Positions 63,618 to 64,000 of a DNA stretch of 64,000 bases are shown one piece after another. The stretch's first letter is position 1. Every line of letters starts with the position of its first letter. Position numbers and translations under genes: made by a program. Source of the DNA: Octopus sinensis (taxonomy: Eukaryota). The notes under the pieces were generated by a model. The model was not told the DNA's origin. It did not search any database and saw only the letters and a list, made by a program, of their open reading frames with translations. Location: positions 23,746,001-23,810,000 of the forward strand of contig NC_043013.1 of the NCBI RefSeq assembly GCF_006345805.1, in the 5' to 3' direction.

Positions 63618-64000
63618 TAAATAGATAGATAGAGAGAGAGAGAAAGATAGAGAGATAATTAGATAGATATCAAAATGGACATTGAATATTGATGATGATG
63701 ATATGATAGATCTATGTATCTATATATTTCTCTCTCTTAGACTGGAGCCTGGTGGAGCCTCCAGGCTTCCCAGACCCCGGTCAAACTGTCCAACCCATGC
63801 TAGCATGGAAAACAGACATTAAACGATGATGATGATATATATATATACATATATATATATGTGTGTGTACGTGTATATGTACATATGTTGAAACACACAT
63901 ACATATATGTATTCATATATGTGTGTACATGTGTATGTGTGTGTGTGTGTGTGTGTCAGTGTCTCCTTGTCTTGATATTTCATCATAGTTGTAAATGAGA

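Overview
AT-rich, microsatellite-laden eukaryotic DNA. The SINE families suggest a cephalopod, most likely Octopus (inference). The left third carries a multi-exon minus-strand ADAMTS/reprolysin-like metalloprotease gene. I reconstructed it by hand: signal peptide exon at ~22.9 kb, then prodomain, catalytic domain with HEIAHGIDIPHD, Met-turn and Cys-rich exons, running off the left edge. The rest is a dense transposon mosaic: a near-full-length but disrupted L1/Tx1-clade LINE (~37.1-42.35 kb), a related ORF1-only element (16.6-17.6 kb), CR1/L2-like, RTE and Penelope-like remnants, a Buster-type hAT with an exact 8-bp TSD, mariner/Tc1 relics, Helitron-type short elements, many tRNA-derived SINEs and a 44-bp minisatellite. 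The most striking non-coding feature is a perfect 170-bp inverted repeat (35765-36123) whose arms each contain a complete type I hammerhead ribozyme. A further hammerhead core lies downstream of a Penelope-like GIY-YIG ORF (~50.2 kb). From ~43.5 kb onward the DNA looks CpG-poor and holds a few low-confidence minus-strand exon candidates of an unidentified gene. All coordinates were read by eye; no searches were run.
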